This document shows positions 51,025 through 64,000 of a DNA stretch of 64,000 bases, in pieces. Positions within the stretch are counted from its first letter, which is position 1. Every line of letters begins with the position of its first letter. The translations under genes were made by a program, and so were the position numbers. This DNA is from Callorhinchus milii (lineage: Eukaryota), in assembly GCF_018977255.1 (NCBI RefSeq), contig NW_024704917.1, forward strand, positions 1-64,000. The letters are read 5' to 3'. Under the pieces are notes generated by a model. That model saw only the letters and a list, made by a program, of their open reading frames with translations, did no database searches and was not told where the DNA came from.

Positions 51025-52623
51025 CAGTGAGGAAAAAAGTATTTGATCCCCTGCTGATTTTGTACGTTTGCCCACTGACAAAGAAATGATCAGTCTATAA
51101 TTTTAATGGTAGGTTTATTTGAACAGTGAGAGACAGAATAACAACAAAAAAATCCAGAAAAACGCATGTCAAAAATGTTATAAATTGATTTGCATTTTAA
51201 TGAGGGAAATAAGTATTTGACCCCCTCTCAATCAGAAAGATTTCTGGCTCCCAGGTGTCTTTTATACAGGTAACGAGCTGAGATTAGGAGCACACTCTTA
51301 AAGGGAGTGCTCCTAATCTCAGCTTGTTACCTGTATAAAAGACACCTGTTCACAGAAGCAATCAATCAATCAGATTCCAAACTCTCCACCATGGCCAAGA
51401 CCAAAGAGCTCTCCAAGGATGTCAGGGACAAGATTGTAGACCTACACAAGGCTGGAATGGGCTACAAGACCATCGCCAAGCAGCTTGGTGAGAAGGTGAC
51501 AACAGTTGGTGCGATTATTCGCAAATGGAAGAAACACAAAAGAACTGTCAATCTCCCTCGGCCTGGGGCTCCATGCAAGATCTCACCTCGTGGAGTTGCA
51601 ATGATCATGAGAACGGTGAGGAATCAGCCCAGAACTACACGGGAGGATCTTGTCAATGATCTCAAGGCAGCTGGGACCATAGTCACCAAGAAAACAGTTG
51701 GTAACACACTACGCCGTGAAGGACTGAAATCCTGCAGCGCCCGCAAGGTCCCCCTGCTCAAGAAAGCACATATACATGCCCGTCTGAAGTTTGCCAATGA
51801 ACATCTGAATGATTCAGAGGACAACTGGGTGAAAGTGTTGTGGTCAGATGAGACCAAAATGGAGCTCTTTGGCATCAACTCAACTCGCCGTGTTTGGAGG
51901 AGGAGGAATGCTGCCTATGACCCCAAGAACACCATCCCCACCGTCAAACATGGAGGTGGAAACATTATGCTTTGGGGGTGTTTTTCTGCTAAGGGGACAG
52001 GACAACTTCACCGCATCAAAGGGACGATGGACGGGGCCATGTACCGTCAAATCTTGGGTGAGAACCTCCTTCCCTCAGCCAGGGCATTGAAAATGGGTCG
52101 TGGATGGGTATTCCAGCATGACAATGACCCAAAACACACGGCCAAGGCAACAAAGGAGTGGCTCAAGAAGAAGCACATTAAGGTCCTGGAGTGGCCTAGC
52201 CAGTCTCCAGACCTTAATCCCATAGAAAATCTGTGGAGGGAGCTGAAGGTTCGAGTTGCCAAACGTCAGCCTCGAAACCTTAATGACTTGGAGAAGATCT
52301 GCAAAGAGGAGTGGGACAAAATCCCTCCTGAGATGTGTGCAAACCTGGTGGCCAACTACAAGAAACGTCTGACCTCTGTGATTGCCAACAAGGGTTTTGC
52401 CACCAAGTACTAAGTCATGTTTTGCAGAGGGGTCAAATACTTATTTCCCTCATTAAAATCAATTTATAACATTTTTGACATGCGTTTTTCTGGATTTTGT
52501 TGTTGTTATTCTGTCTCTCACTGTTCAAATAAACCTACCATTAAAATTATAGACTGATCATTTCTTTGTCAGTGGGCAAACGTACAAAATCAGCAGGGGA
52601 TCAAATACTTTTTTCCCTCACTG
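51025..52623 (+). mobile_element. Full-length Tc1-family DNA transposon (IR/DR type)
   Basis: TA TSD on both sides. TIRs of about 200 bp start CAGTGAGG and contain repeated aagtatttga motifs. One intact transposase ORF. Confidence 0.97.
51391..52413 (+). CDS. Tc1 transposase, DD34E, 340 aa
   Basis: N-terminal paired-like HTH region ([16 protein letters not shown]...), [42 protein letters not shown]. 34 residues between the second D and the E. Confidence 0.97.
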   Translation: MAKTKELSKDVRDKIVDLHKAGMGYKTIAKQLGEKVTTVGAIIRKWKKHKRTVNLPRPGAPCKISPRGVAMIMRTVRNQPRTTREDLVNDLKAAGTIVTKKTVGNTLRREGLKSCSARKVPLLKKAHIHARLKFANEHLNDSEDNWVKVLWSDETKMELFGINSTRRVWRRRNAAYDPKNTIPTVKHGGGNIMLWGCFSAKGTGQLHRIKGTMDGAMYRQILGENLLPSARALKMGRGWVFQHDNDPKHTAKATKEWLKKKHIKVLEWPSQSPDLNPIENLWRELKVRVAKRQPRNLNDLEKICKEEWDKIPPEMCANLVANYKKRLTSVIANKGFATKY

Positions 52624-55600
52624 TATATTTTTTCCAATGAACCTATTTAAAATGGTACATCAGATATCGTTCATCAATTGCCACGGAGAGCTATTTGGCA
52701 TGCAGATAAAGTCTCTTGCTAATGGTGCCTTGAATTACCATGCAGCTGGCACGTTAAGAGTGTGAACCGTGCAACCCCCTGCATTTGATTAAACGAAGAA
52801 CTCATTGGCTTCAGAACTTGTGCAATGATTCACACTCATGGGAGGTCTCCATAGCCCACAGTGCTGGTAATGGGATATCACACAACTGTGAAATTTAGAG
52901 GACTTGTGCATGTGGCTTGTTTCCAAAATATGTAGTAAATTCTGAACCCTTTAATCGGTGTTTTGAATGACTGCTGTCATTATATTACTATTTTTTTGCC
53001 ATTTTGAAAGCACTATTAAAATACAGTTAGAGACGTAACTTTAACAGTACATCATAATAATTTCGAATGTGCTTTCTAATTAACTTTCAATGTTCTGTGT
53101 TTATTATTATCAGGTAACATTGTAAGCCATTTCAAAGTGTACAGAAAGCCTTCTTGCCACCTATTTTTATACTGTAAAATCCAAACAGAATCAGGTTCAG
53201 ACCTCAAAGTTTGCCCAGGACCATAAAGACCTTCTTAAACTCAGCAGTATTTAGGAATAATAGTAATGGACTTCCATAGCTATTTTAAAATTCCTAATTA
53301 AAGGCTTTCATTTTCGTGCATGCACATTTACACAATTTCCCCAGAGGTAATAAATGTCATGTAATGGCAAATCTAGAGCTAATTTGTATAAAAATGAACA
53401 GAGTTGAATTGCTTCATTAAATTAGTCTGTTGTATTGAGCACACCTAAGACTGAAATTGGTACGTGTGGTATTCTAGTGATGGAGTTCCTGTATCTCACT
53501 CAACGGGCAGCTGAGCGAAATAGAAAACTAAAATCCTGGAAGTGTTCTCATTGCCAGAGGGAACATTCTAGAGGACGACGCGGCCGTCCAGGTGCTGTCC
53601 TCCTTCAAGGTGCTCGCTGACGAGGCATCTGAGAAGCAGACTGCAGCCGAGGAGACCGAGTTGCCAAATCGACCTGTGTTCAATGCCAGTACTCCCCCGT
53701 GGCAGGGCACGCTGCTGTGATTGTATTCTGCATCACCGACCTAGCAGCCATTGAAGCCCATGCACCAGTACTTTCTCTCGTGGTACTTCAGCCTCTTCAT
53801 TGTTTCCATCGATGGCTCGGAGAAGTCCCAAGTGCTGGCACAGAAGTGGGCACCAGCTTTCACCACGAATTTCCATCGGTCTATTTTATTCCAATGTTTG
53901 GTTAATATTTTTCATGGACAGTTATACTCTTTGTTAGTTACATTTAAACACTATCTAAATGACAAAAAAATGATGCTAAAAGTGAAGTGTTCCTATGCAA
54001 TACGTGCTAGGAAATCATCACTTCTGTTGGTGGTTCTGAGCCAGTTGTGGAAATTTCACATTCCCGTGGTGGGGAAGTCATTCCACAAGACAACCACTGT
54101 TACTTCAATAAGTCGATCATAACCAGGAATACTTTTCGACTGCATTGCACCAGTGCCATCTGGTCGATTTGGCGCTCAGTCTCCTTGGTTGGAACGAAAC
54201 AGGTAGACTTCTCCACAAATCTGGCTGTTGCCTGATGAAGCTGGTTGTAATTACTGGCGAAACGTCATACTCAGGTTGTAAATGTTGTGGCTTGGCTCTC
54301 CAACACACCGGTGTGCTGTACTCGTGACGAATTAGCATGTTCTGTTCTACGTGATAACCCTTACTAGTTGGCTGTGTCGGGTGGTGGCGGGTTTAATGAC
54401 ACATTTATATATTTACAGGATCTAACCCAAAAAAACCTCTATTATGGTCAGGTGTATAAGACACACCTAGCCAGACAGTGAAAACTTCCAAAAATCATAA
54501 TTTCAGCAGCACCCTGATCATTTGTAATTTGATTAAATACATGTCTTTTCTCTGACCTTGAAGAACCAACGAATACATCACACATCTCACGCTGTGCTCA
54601 ATTTTTGGTTATTAGCTACGTGGTTCATTCTGGAACTTCTAATTAGATAGTGGGGAGTCACAGTACATGTCAGCATAAAATTATAGTCTGAGGCTGACTG
54701 GAGGCAGTGTAGAGTGACGGTTAAAAAGACTTTCACAATTTAATTTGCTGATAAACTGTACAATCGTCTTGTAAGACGCTACCGTGTGTATTACTGTGAC
54801 TGGGTTTGAAGGCACGTTAATCTCATAACATATCCGAGCTCTTAACATCGAAAATCCCAGAACTCTGACAAGGGATTCATATTGTGTCAAAACTAGTTCT
54901 CACAGTGCCCCATATTTCAAAGGTTTACATTTTCAGGAATCGAACCAGTCACTAGGATCCCTGCAAAGTGCGTTTATCCCTATGCCACCCAAGCACATAC
55001 ACTTGCATGCTTACACACATGTTCACTTTCACACAAAAGGAGCAGCAAGTCCATTACATCCCAATCTCACTTTTCATTCAATGTTCCATTCACACTTTTC
55101 CCACACTACTAATTCAGTCCATTATCTTGATATGAAGATTTAGTATGTCTGCGCTGTGATTTTCATTTAAATGGCTACACGTCATGACCCCAGGATATGT
55201 CATTATCGTGTGTAATTACTTCAGTAAAAGCTTTCAGCAAAATAGTGATTTTCACCGATTGACTTCAACACTGTCTGCAATTAGTGGCCTGTTTAATGTA
55301 ATACCCTTGCCATGTTCTTTCTTAAATGCCATGAAACAAAGAACACTAAAGCCATGAAGTTTTATTCCATGTATAATTATCACACCTTGTTGGTGATCAT
55401 TTGTGCATTACAGAATGCTGTAATTAAAGCATGAAGTGCACTCATTTAATCCAGTGTGAATAATTGTGGCGACATCCCTGTGACCTAACCTGTGCAGGTA
55501 GATTTTTACCTTCCTTATATATGTACTTCTACATTCACAAATTCGTTTACAAAACATGGGTAATTCATTGTCATGGGATTCCAAGGACAGTGCAGACATG

Positions 55601-55751
55601 TTAGACACTGCAGTGAAATGGGCTGTCTTCGTCAATGCACGGGCGTGCTGTGTAGAAGTTTAGAAAATATGAAAGACAAAATTATGCCTATGTTAAATTG
55701 TGATCTCAAGTTCTATGTCCCATTCTATAAATCTGTTATACTGGAATACAT

Positions 55752-55956
55752 CAGCGGTTCCCAACCTTTTCGAGTGCATGGACCCCTTTTCAACCTCCAA
55801 ACATGTTGCGGACCACCAGATGTTACTGCAGTAGTTATTTGAAACTGCACATTTCCTTGGTGAGGATATTATTATTATTTTTCTTATTTTCTGAGGACTC
55901 ACGTAGTAGCCTTGCGGACCACCAGGGGTCAGCGGACCACCGATTGAAAACTGCTG
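55752..55956. mobile_element. Degenerate hAT-Charlie-like MITE
   Basis: Ends cagcggttcccaacc / gattgaaaactgctg with subterminal cggaccac repeats. No recognisable TSD. Confidence 0.5.
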
Positions 55957-58506
55957 CTCGACACAATAGACGAGCTTCCCTCTGGTTAATAAAAAAAAAA
56001 TTGGACACGTAGGTAACCAGCAGTCTTATGTTTTTCTGGATGAATTGCCTGTTGCTAATTATTTAAACGAAATATTGAATTCGAGCAGATTTAAAGTGAA
56101 GAGCATGGTGATATTTCCAACAAACACATTTACAATCCATAAAATCAACTTGGAGATTAGAGCATGCTTCACAAAAAAAATCTGAACTAGTCAAATGTGC
56201 AGTATTAATCGAAACAATTATGTATAATTTGTACAATCATTTGTCGTTGGCTCATAAGGACTTTTGATATTTTAATGGAGTTTTTTTTATTTGAGGGCCG
56301 TGGGAGTGTGATGGGCAAAACATGCACTCCTTGCCGACCGATACATTTACGTGTCTTAAAAGTGCGATATATTTTACTCTTCTTCTTGTGCTTTTAATAC
56401 AGCAGCTAAGTGAACTACATCAATCCTGTGCCTGATATCTTTGCAATGAATGCTCATGCCGATATAAGCAAAGCCCAGGCCAACCTGCTGTTTGACAGCA
56501 TCATCCTTTCGGGTGAGCGCTCCCTACTCTGCATTCTCACACACAGGATCCCACAACACACAGTATCCAAGATGTGTATCCAAGTACAATAAACCATTGC
56601 AGAAATGCCACAGAGTTATGTGCCTTTCATTGGATTTCAGGATTTGTTTCAGCTGGCCGATTGAGAATGACGGTGCAGGAGAGGCTAAAAAAGCACATTA
56701 TGGCCTAAATAGCAGTGGTGGTATTATTTATTAGAACAAGATAAATTGCGAAAATCATCATGAGTGCGACTCAATAACCACTTGTTCATGGTTAACCATG
56801 TAATATGTAAATTGGGCTATTTATTTGTTAATAATCATCTCTGTAATTGCATTTTATACATTCAGGGGGACTAATTTGTAGTCCACACAATGCTCTTTTC
56901 ATGTTAAGCTTTTATGTAACCTTTTGTTAAGATTCATAAAATAATTGTATATTGGTGACAAGCTGCCTTCGAGGGCTTAATCTTAGTATTTTATTTATTT
57001 TTTATTCTCCTAGAAGTGTTTCTTTTGAAATATCTTACTACAATTGGTTCTCACATGGCTTAAAATATAGTATTTTAATCAGGCACATTCTTCGTGAGTG
57101 AAGATGCATTATTTTCCAGGCTGATGTGGTTAGTGTTCATGAGTCTTGAGTGGGAATTTACTTGGGTTGGGCAAGAGATAGGCTCACATATTTAGTAGTA
57201 GTCCGCTGTGAGTCAGGGACAGGAAAATTAATGCCTGGAGCAGTGTGGCAAATCGAGAGGCAACAAACCACTGTGCCATTGCTCTATATAAATGCATACA
57301 GTACATATATAGACAACTATGGCTGGTGCGTTCTATTCTAAACCTGCTATGATTCACATAGTGACAGCCACAGTATTTGTGACAAGCGCGGCACAAAAGT
57401 CTTGCCAGCGTGGAGGACAAGGCTCTTATCATGGTTTTTATGGTTTTGTAAGATATATTGAAATGTGCGGATATGTAGACATATTGATTTCTTTCAATCC
57501 ATTATGGACAGAAGATCCCACAATGGGTTCAGAACAAAATGCAACAACTCTCATGTAAATCTGGGCCACCATGGATGGCCCTCGTGAGAGTGTCCCCGTC
57601 TCCATTCCCGCAACACCATTGCCGTGCTCGTAAACCTGGGATGGGTAATCATCAAGCGACGTGTGGACAACATTTAATCAACACAAGAATGCATTGTAAA
57701 TGACATGAGGATGGAGAAGATCACCGTCATCATCCTTGAAAACGTTGCAGCATTCAATTGCCTGTTTCATAATGTGCCTGCTGGGTTGAGGCACGAGGCA
57801 GACCGCGTTCACCCTCTGTATTCTCGCGTGTGCTTTGTAATGCCGAGCAGTGCATGGCAGGCCCAGCTAGTGCAGGTGGTAGAGGCACGAACCGGATCCC
57901 ATATGAAATAGCCGACGGCGTGGCTCCGGACGGCTTGAACAGGCTGCCTGAGAATCTGTCCATAAAAGTGGCTGGGCGTAAGTTCTCCACAAGCTATGGA
58001 GAGAGCATGGCACAGTGCTCGTGCAGGAGATGGCACGCTGAAGTAGCCTGCTTGCCACCATATTCATGTCATGCACCAGCGTGCAGCAGGCTGTCGAAGT
58101 CTGAGAATGTAACATCTGAATCCCTTAATCTTTTCTTGCCAGGCATACTAGTCCACACGTTTAATACAGTGCCTGCAAGGCGGGTTATTGGATCATGCAA
58201 CATTCAACATTGTGCACGACACCTCCACAATGATATTAGGTGGCCTGGAGCTGGCAGTACGCCAAGTAGGTTGTTTCCTGTCAAAAACACTTGCGTATTA
58301 TTTCCTTCATGTAATATTGATACAGGGCCGTTAATGAGTACTTAAAAAAAGTTATGTAAAGATAAATAATTGCAATTATTAATCTTAGATCTATGCTTAA
58401 TAATCACGAGCAATATGTATTGACTGCTGGACGTAGACCTCCTTCACAGTCTGGTGATGCAACACTCCATATAGATACTGCACATTAGTTGATATAATCA
58501 CCATCT

Positions 58507-58536
58507 NNNNNNNNNNNNNNNNNNNNNNNNNNNNNN
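58507..58536. other. Gap of 30 N
   Basis: Run of N characters. Confidence 1.
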
Positions 58537-61500
58537 AAGGACGGACAGTCTAGCTATACTTTTCTATAGTCTCAACCGGCTCAACATACTCATAGCAGGT
58601 GCTTATAACTCCCTAGGTTGACTGTCCAAGCGGAGCCCACTTCATTCTGTGGCCTTATTTCACAAGAGGATCCTCAAGAGAGGGCAGTACACGTGGGCGG
58701 ACACCTCCAGGAGGGATAATTTACCCGTCTCTTCCCCCAAAAGCTTTATTAAAACCCAACAGTACGCTATAAAGATATTTCAAATTGAAAGGTACGACGG
58801 TTCGAGTTGGACGATTCGCGGCTGAGTTGACTCTCTTCTGGGTGTCGAAGGTTTCATCTAACGAAACAGCGCTGGGCGTGCTGGGGTATTCCGACGTTAA
58901 ACACCTAAGGACCGGTAGAGTGGAGATTAAAAGTATAGGTAGCTTTTATGGCTGTGCAATAGTAACAACGCCTCCTGGGATCCATGTCCTCCTGACCTAA
59001 ACGCTCGCGTACGATATGACGCAAAGCTGCTCCACACTCCCAATCTGGAAGGTTGTACTTGCATCGCTATTTAGCCAGACGATATGGTGAATCCACACGT
59101 GAAGCGTATTGTACCTTCGAGTGGTCTGTAAAACCTTCTGGTTTTGTTTATCTAAGTACTATCTTTCTACCGGACAGCAGGATACTAAGCCCCCTGGTAT
59201 GCGACTAGAAAGAAGTAGGTCTTGATGGCCGAAATCTCGTCCCTATTTCCCGCATTGGCAGCAGGCGAAACCTTTAATGAACACTTAGTTGATACGAGTA
59301 ATAAGGACGATGCAATGCTGATCATCTGATTGATGCGGCGGGCCCGTGGCTAGGATGGGCGCTCGAGGGGGGCAAGTCAAGAGCGACTGTCACGTCTGCC
59401 CTTACCATGTAGGCGTCATATGACTCGAACTATTCTGCACGCAGACTACAAGAACGGAGTGCTTCCTGACTTCCTCGAGCGGCAGATATAGGATATTATG
59501 TTGTCAAAGACGATGAGTCAAGATACAAGGAGTGTAACCTATGGGATATAGTAGATTATGGGCGACCCAACTACACACATCGCAACTTAGTCCATCGGTA
59601 AAACAGTACATTGTTCAGACTACACTCTTTTCTCGATGTCACGCACTGAACAGAAGAACAAGTAGAAGACGCGGCCAGCCTCTTTTTCTATATACACCCT
59701 TTGTCCCTAAACTCAGCCTGATCGCGACAGGTCTCTGATACAAATTCCAACTACGGTCCGGTAAAACCGAACGTTAACGATAAAAGACGACTTGAGTGAT
59801 CGGCCTCCATGTGCTTTGTTGCAAGCGGGATTGTAAACAGTTTCGCGCTCCTGCCAGTCTTTTGCGACACTGACTGGTGCATGACCGCCTATTAGTTCGC
59901 TCCAAATTCCCTCGAGTGCTGCCTAGGACCCAACGAGGCTATGTCTAGAAATAGTGCACCGTCGTATTCCCAAACCCTATGTTGATGATCTCCTTGTTGT
60001 GTAAGGCGGGCACCGTGAGGCTAGCTAGGTTTAGAATGTGATGAGTGACGGGGTGCACCATTACTCAGGGGAAGCCAACAGGGCGCTTTAAGAATTGAAG
60101 TGTACTGAACAAGCTCGAGGAGTGGTCCATAAGCCTATGTGTTCGAGATAGGCCCGAGGGAAACGAATACTTGCTGAAGATCTTTCCCATATGCTACACC
60201 CTATGGCGCTCCGGTTCTCTTCTATTCTGTGATTCCCGGGGCACAGGGCATTTACAGATGGGACAATACCAATCTTCCACGTCTTAAGTAAAATGGGTCT
60301 AATATACGGCTAAACTGCTGCACATTCGAGACATAGTAGTGAAAGGAATATTCAAAGTCAGTTGGTGCGACCCCAATGTGATACAGCCAAGTTCCGCTCT
60401 GCAAGTTAAGGTTTGCGGGCTCCACCCGGATTCCCCACTCGCTTGTCGATTTCGCTGCAATAACGCTATTGTTGTATACAGACATGTAAGTGAGGTAATT
60501 TGTATGGCGATATCGATTGACGGTGGATCACAGTAGTAGAGAGAACGAATTGACGCCTCTACCTGAGAGCATGTTTATAAGACATCGTGTGCTGCGACCG
60601 AGTTCTCATCGATCCCCGCGCCCGCGTCTTCTTGGTGCAAATGTAACCTACTGCCTGTTGCGGACTAGTATGGTCGTCACGAAGTCCCCCTCAGACTCAC
60701 ATGTCGTAACCTTTCTGCCGTTCAGGCCCTATTGAATCGCTCAGTCCCCGGGACAACTGTGTGAGGCACCTCTCCTTCCTGTTGGACATTTTAAGCACTT
60801 TCCGTCGTGGATAGATCCAATCCCGAGGGCGGTCGGATATGTTGACCAGGCGAGTTGAACGACGAGCCGTTATATGTAGATGTTGTCTAAAATCTGTCAT
60901 AGCCGCTGGGGTTTGGACAGGGGAGCCGAGTAAAGTTGTACCTAATACTTCAAATGGCAGGATCTCTCTGCGCAGTGATACTCGGATGACCGTTCGCTGA
61001 CTAGATTCCACACTGAAAATTAATTTAAGTGGTGCAGAATTCACTACCATCCTCACGGAACTTAGTGATAGTACAAAAGCTACTTCTGAACTCCAGAATC
61101 TTAACTGAACGCGAAAGATGACCACGAAGGCTCACCCATTGGTCCGATATGCCCAGTAGATATGAGGCCCGCTCTCGTGTCCAATCATGTTAACTCTATG
61201 CGGTGCCATTATGCCAACGAATTGGCTCATCCTTCAATCGAGAGGAGAGGAAGGATCCGAATATTATACATTGTGAAGATAATTTTAGTACACAGATTAG
61301 AAAATGGGTAAGCCATAACCTCATGGGCCAGCTAAACAGTGAGCAGGTTATGGACTGCACACCCTATTACTGAGCCCCGAATTCGATCAGCCGCTTGCAG
61401 TCAATGCATACCGGATAAACTTATACACAGTATACCACCAGGCGCAATGGGAAGCACTGTAGTCATCTTTCCCGTTCAGTTTATCTACTGCCATCACCTA

Positions 61501-64000
61501 GGTACACGACAAAGGCCGGCAAGAGCGGATTTTGGTCAGGAGACACCACTCAGCTAGGGTCAGGGATCGATACATTCACACTACGGTTTGCTCACGGAGC
61601 AAGTCCAGTATTGGAGAAAACACAAAGGAGAAGGATTTCTTACTCAGGAATGGGCAAGTACCGTGCCGACGGAGCGATTCGTGTCTCATGTAAGACTTTG
61701 ACCTTGTAGTGACTCTTGCAAAATCGACTTCGCCCGTCGCAGTTGATTCTGCGCATTTGTTCTGTACTAACTCGGAGGTACACTTCAAACCCAATTAGCT
61801 TTGTGTTGTGAGGATAGGGGTCACGGAACATCTGCACTCGGTATCGTCCGTGGACAACAAGACAGTGAGGGGGAGTCGATCCCGAAATTAGCACAATGTC
61901 TTATGTGCGTCGCCTGACTGTAACCTGTGATCCCACGGCCTGATTAACTGAGGAAATGTCGGGGTATTATAATCTAAGAGCGGTCACGGGAGTGAAAACT
62001 GACATTCGACGGCAACCACAGCTCGCGACGAAGCTGACTAAAATGTGGCTTAAGATCTACTCAGAGGAAAAGGCTGTTTTGCATCATGCAGTTACGACTT
62101 CTCAACAACAATCACAATATTAAAAATGAGGTCCCCCCTTTCGTCTACCAACGGCGATGTGTCCATGTCGTCTAGATGGTTACAAAAGGACTCCAGGACC
62201 ACAACAATCGACGAGACCTTTAATACTTGGCCCCTACCTCACGATGGGTTCGTGTGTTCCAGTATGGGTATTGGGTCGGCCGAAGTAACCAATGTGTGTC
62301 CGCTATCTATGGCGTTCTGACGTCGGACCATATGATTGACGAAAGACCTCATAGGCGGTACAAAATTCCGTCAAGTCCTATGGCATGGTGATCTGTGTTT
62401 AAGCGGTGGCAGGAATGTAATATATGCGGATCTTGGTTCAACCCGCAGGTGGGTCCCCCTTCACACACACGGTATGTCCCGAGGAAGTTGGGCGTACAAC
62501 GCTGCTTAGTGGAGCACATGACAATGTGGGGTTCCGACAATGCACAATAAAACGCAGCGGCTGACATGGGTGCAAAGAGGGTGTTGGGGGAGGTAGAAGC
62601 CGGGGCGCGTCCCAAGGACGCCCCCTTGGGTCAAACGAATCCTTCGTAGAACCTTATCGGCACTTCCGGGTGATAGACCTCAGGGATGCCGGCCCGATAG
62701 CTTGTTGAGCATTTCTCAGTCTTTAGTCCCTATGAGAGGCGCACGAGCGTCGTACAAACTTATCTTTGTTAGAACTTCCTCAACATCTACTGTGGCTGCT
62801 AGGTGCAGTCATAAGGCTGGCTGGTGTGCTGCGTGCTAACCCTGCCACCTGACTCGGCGGTATCCACGGGGCAACGTAGTATCATTTGGGCTCGCGGGTA
62901 ACAAGGGAGCCGGTTGCGGCGCGATTGGGTCTTCGATTATTGGCCAAATCCTTATTCACAGTAGTAGTGAATGGTGGTCAATGTTCAGCCCATAATCATT
63001 ATGAGCCGATCTTTGAAGCATGCCAAAGTTAGGGCGCAAACCATGGTAAGGAACTCCTCCGTATATGTATTGTTACGCCATTCGGATTAAAGTAAGATCC
63101 CTGCATTAAGATGCCGATCATACAGCGGTCCGAAATCAAGGTGAGGACTTTGGCAGCACTCAACCCCCCCGGTAACTGTAATGTTAATAATTGTTTGAAC
63201 CTCTAGTACGCACGGAGATACACTCAGTCCAAAAAGAATCAAACCGGTCAATAATTGTTTATTGTAAAAACCAGACGGAGTCTCACTGGTGTGGACTTAG
63301 ATGCTATTGCCATTCACGACTGGAGTCGAACATGGTTGATAATACATAACAAAGGGGGCAGCGGAAGAATTGTAGTAGTGCTGAATAGATGGATTTGTTT
63401 GGCGTTTGGAATACTATGTGGTAGCCGATCCGTCGTTATTACCAACTATATCCGACCCCAGTGGGGTTCGACGCAGTATACTAGAAAGCGCCAGGAGAGA
63501 ATTGAAGCGTGCAACCCGCAAAATCTTTCAATACCATCTTAGACATTAGGTCATCTAGCTTTTCTAGGGCCCGTGCGACTAGGTGACATTGAAAGAGATC
63601 TAAGCGCCGGGGTATCCGGGCAGAACTGAATTAACCAAAAGGGAACACTAAATCACCGTATGCTCTTTGAGTGTACATTCAGTCTTCCGTGTACTATAAG
63701 GGCATGTATGCTTCGTAGCTCGGTGATGTCACAAGATCGGGTGCATGCCTGACGAATTCGACTCGAAGAAATGTGTCATATTACAGAGCCGTGCGCAGGC
63801 CCGAAACTAATTATAGGCGTGAATATATAGCAGCGTTACCGGGTCGGTAGAGAAAATGGTAAGCAATATTCCTGTTAATACAGGAATCCCGTAGGGGAGG
63901 TGGACTTACCCATGTAGGACCCGCTTAGGCAACCACCCAACTAACTGCATCAGGAGGGAGAAAACTATATTATTGGAATACTGACATGGCGAGCGAGCAC

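Larger units (their letters stand above)
35607..58105 (+). pseudogene. DNAH7: Axonemal inner-arm dynein heavy chain pseudogene, DNAH7-like
   Basis: About 24 colinear exon remnants: 35607-35783 (YIQHVIDVDELSPLDASWLQHIL), 37101-37567 (ASKKYAMEMALDKM; WLKVQATWL), 38345-38503, 38907-39100 (HLKKCLEGI...RGQVEKWL), 40937-41160, 41697-41805 (YLGNASRLVITPLTDRC), 42044-42214 ([16 protein letters not shown]), 43271-43894 (VPDYALISEIILYS...YDYGMRAVKTVL), 44272-44770 (DVNLPKFL), 45471-45563, 45994-46470 (NYVTPTSY), 46838-47030, 47612-47783 (VVAPKK), 48269-48450, 49100-49210, 49935-50135 (FRFYITT), 50415-50548 (LLNFTIT..GLRDQLL), 53510-53845, 56405-56512, 57860-58105. In-frame stops at 37339, 37453, 48421 and 49468, plus frameshifts, missing exons and exonic TE insertions. 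Exon limits are approximate. Confidence 0.88.

Noticed and set aside
51307-51390. N-terminal extension giving a 368-aa transposase
   Set aside because: It starts at GTG in the 5' UTR. The ATG at 51391 has a Kozak context (ccaccATGG) and gives the typical 340 aa.
60697-61125. 142-aa minus-strand ORF after the gap
   Set aside because: No recognisable domain, and the length is compatible with chance in random-like sequence.

Overview
Eukaryotic (vertebrate) genomic DNA. AT-rich introns, GC-rich exons and the repeat content suggest lamprey or another fish-like host; this is an inference. The + strand carries three loci in order. (1) The last 8 coding exons of a DPP10-like inactive dipeptidyl peptidase (3036-15173). 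(2) A complete 23-exon CCDC93 gene (22133-31866) with three GC-AG introns, preceded by a 25-copy GTCACGTG tandem array. (3) A decayed DNAH7-like axonemal dynein heavy chain pseudogene (~35.6-58.1 kb) with transposons inserted in its exons. Mobile DNA includes an intact Tc1 DD34E element (51025-52623), about 12 fold-back Penelope-like remnants with minimal hammerhead ribozyme motifs (one has captured 30 nt of the neighbouring CCDC93 exon), and three copies of an unclassified TA-flanked G-rich element. hAT, Harbinger and fold-back MITEs, a Helitron-like element, SINEs and a LINE fragment are also present. Single-base deletions in homopolymer runs in both intact genes suggest an imperfectly polished assembly. 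After a 30-N gap (58507-58536) the sequence looks random and I could not annotate it. All homology calls come from manual translation and recalled protein sequences, not from database searches.
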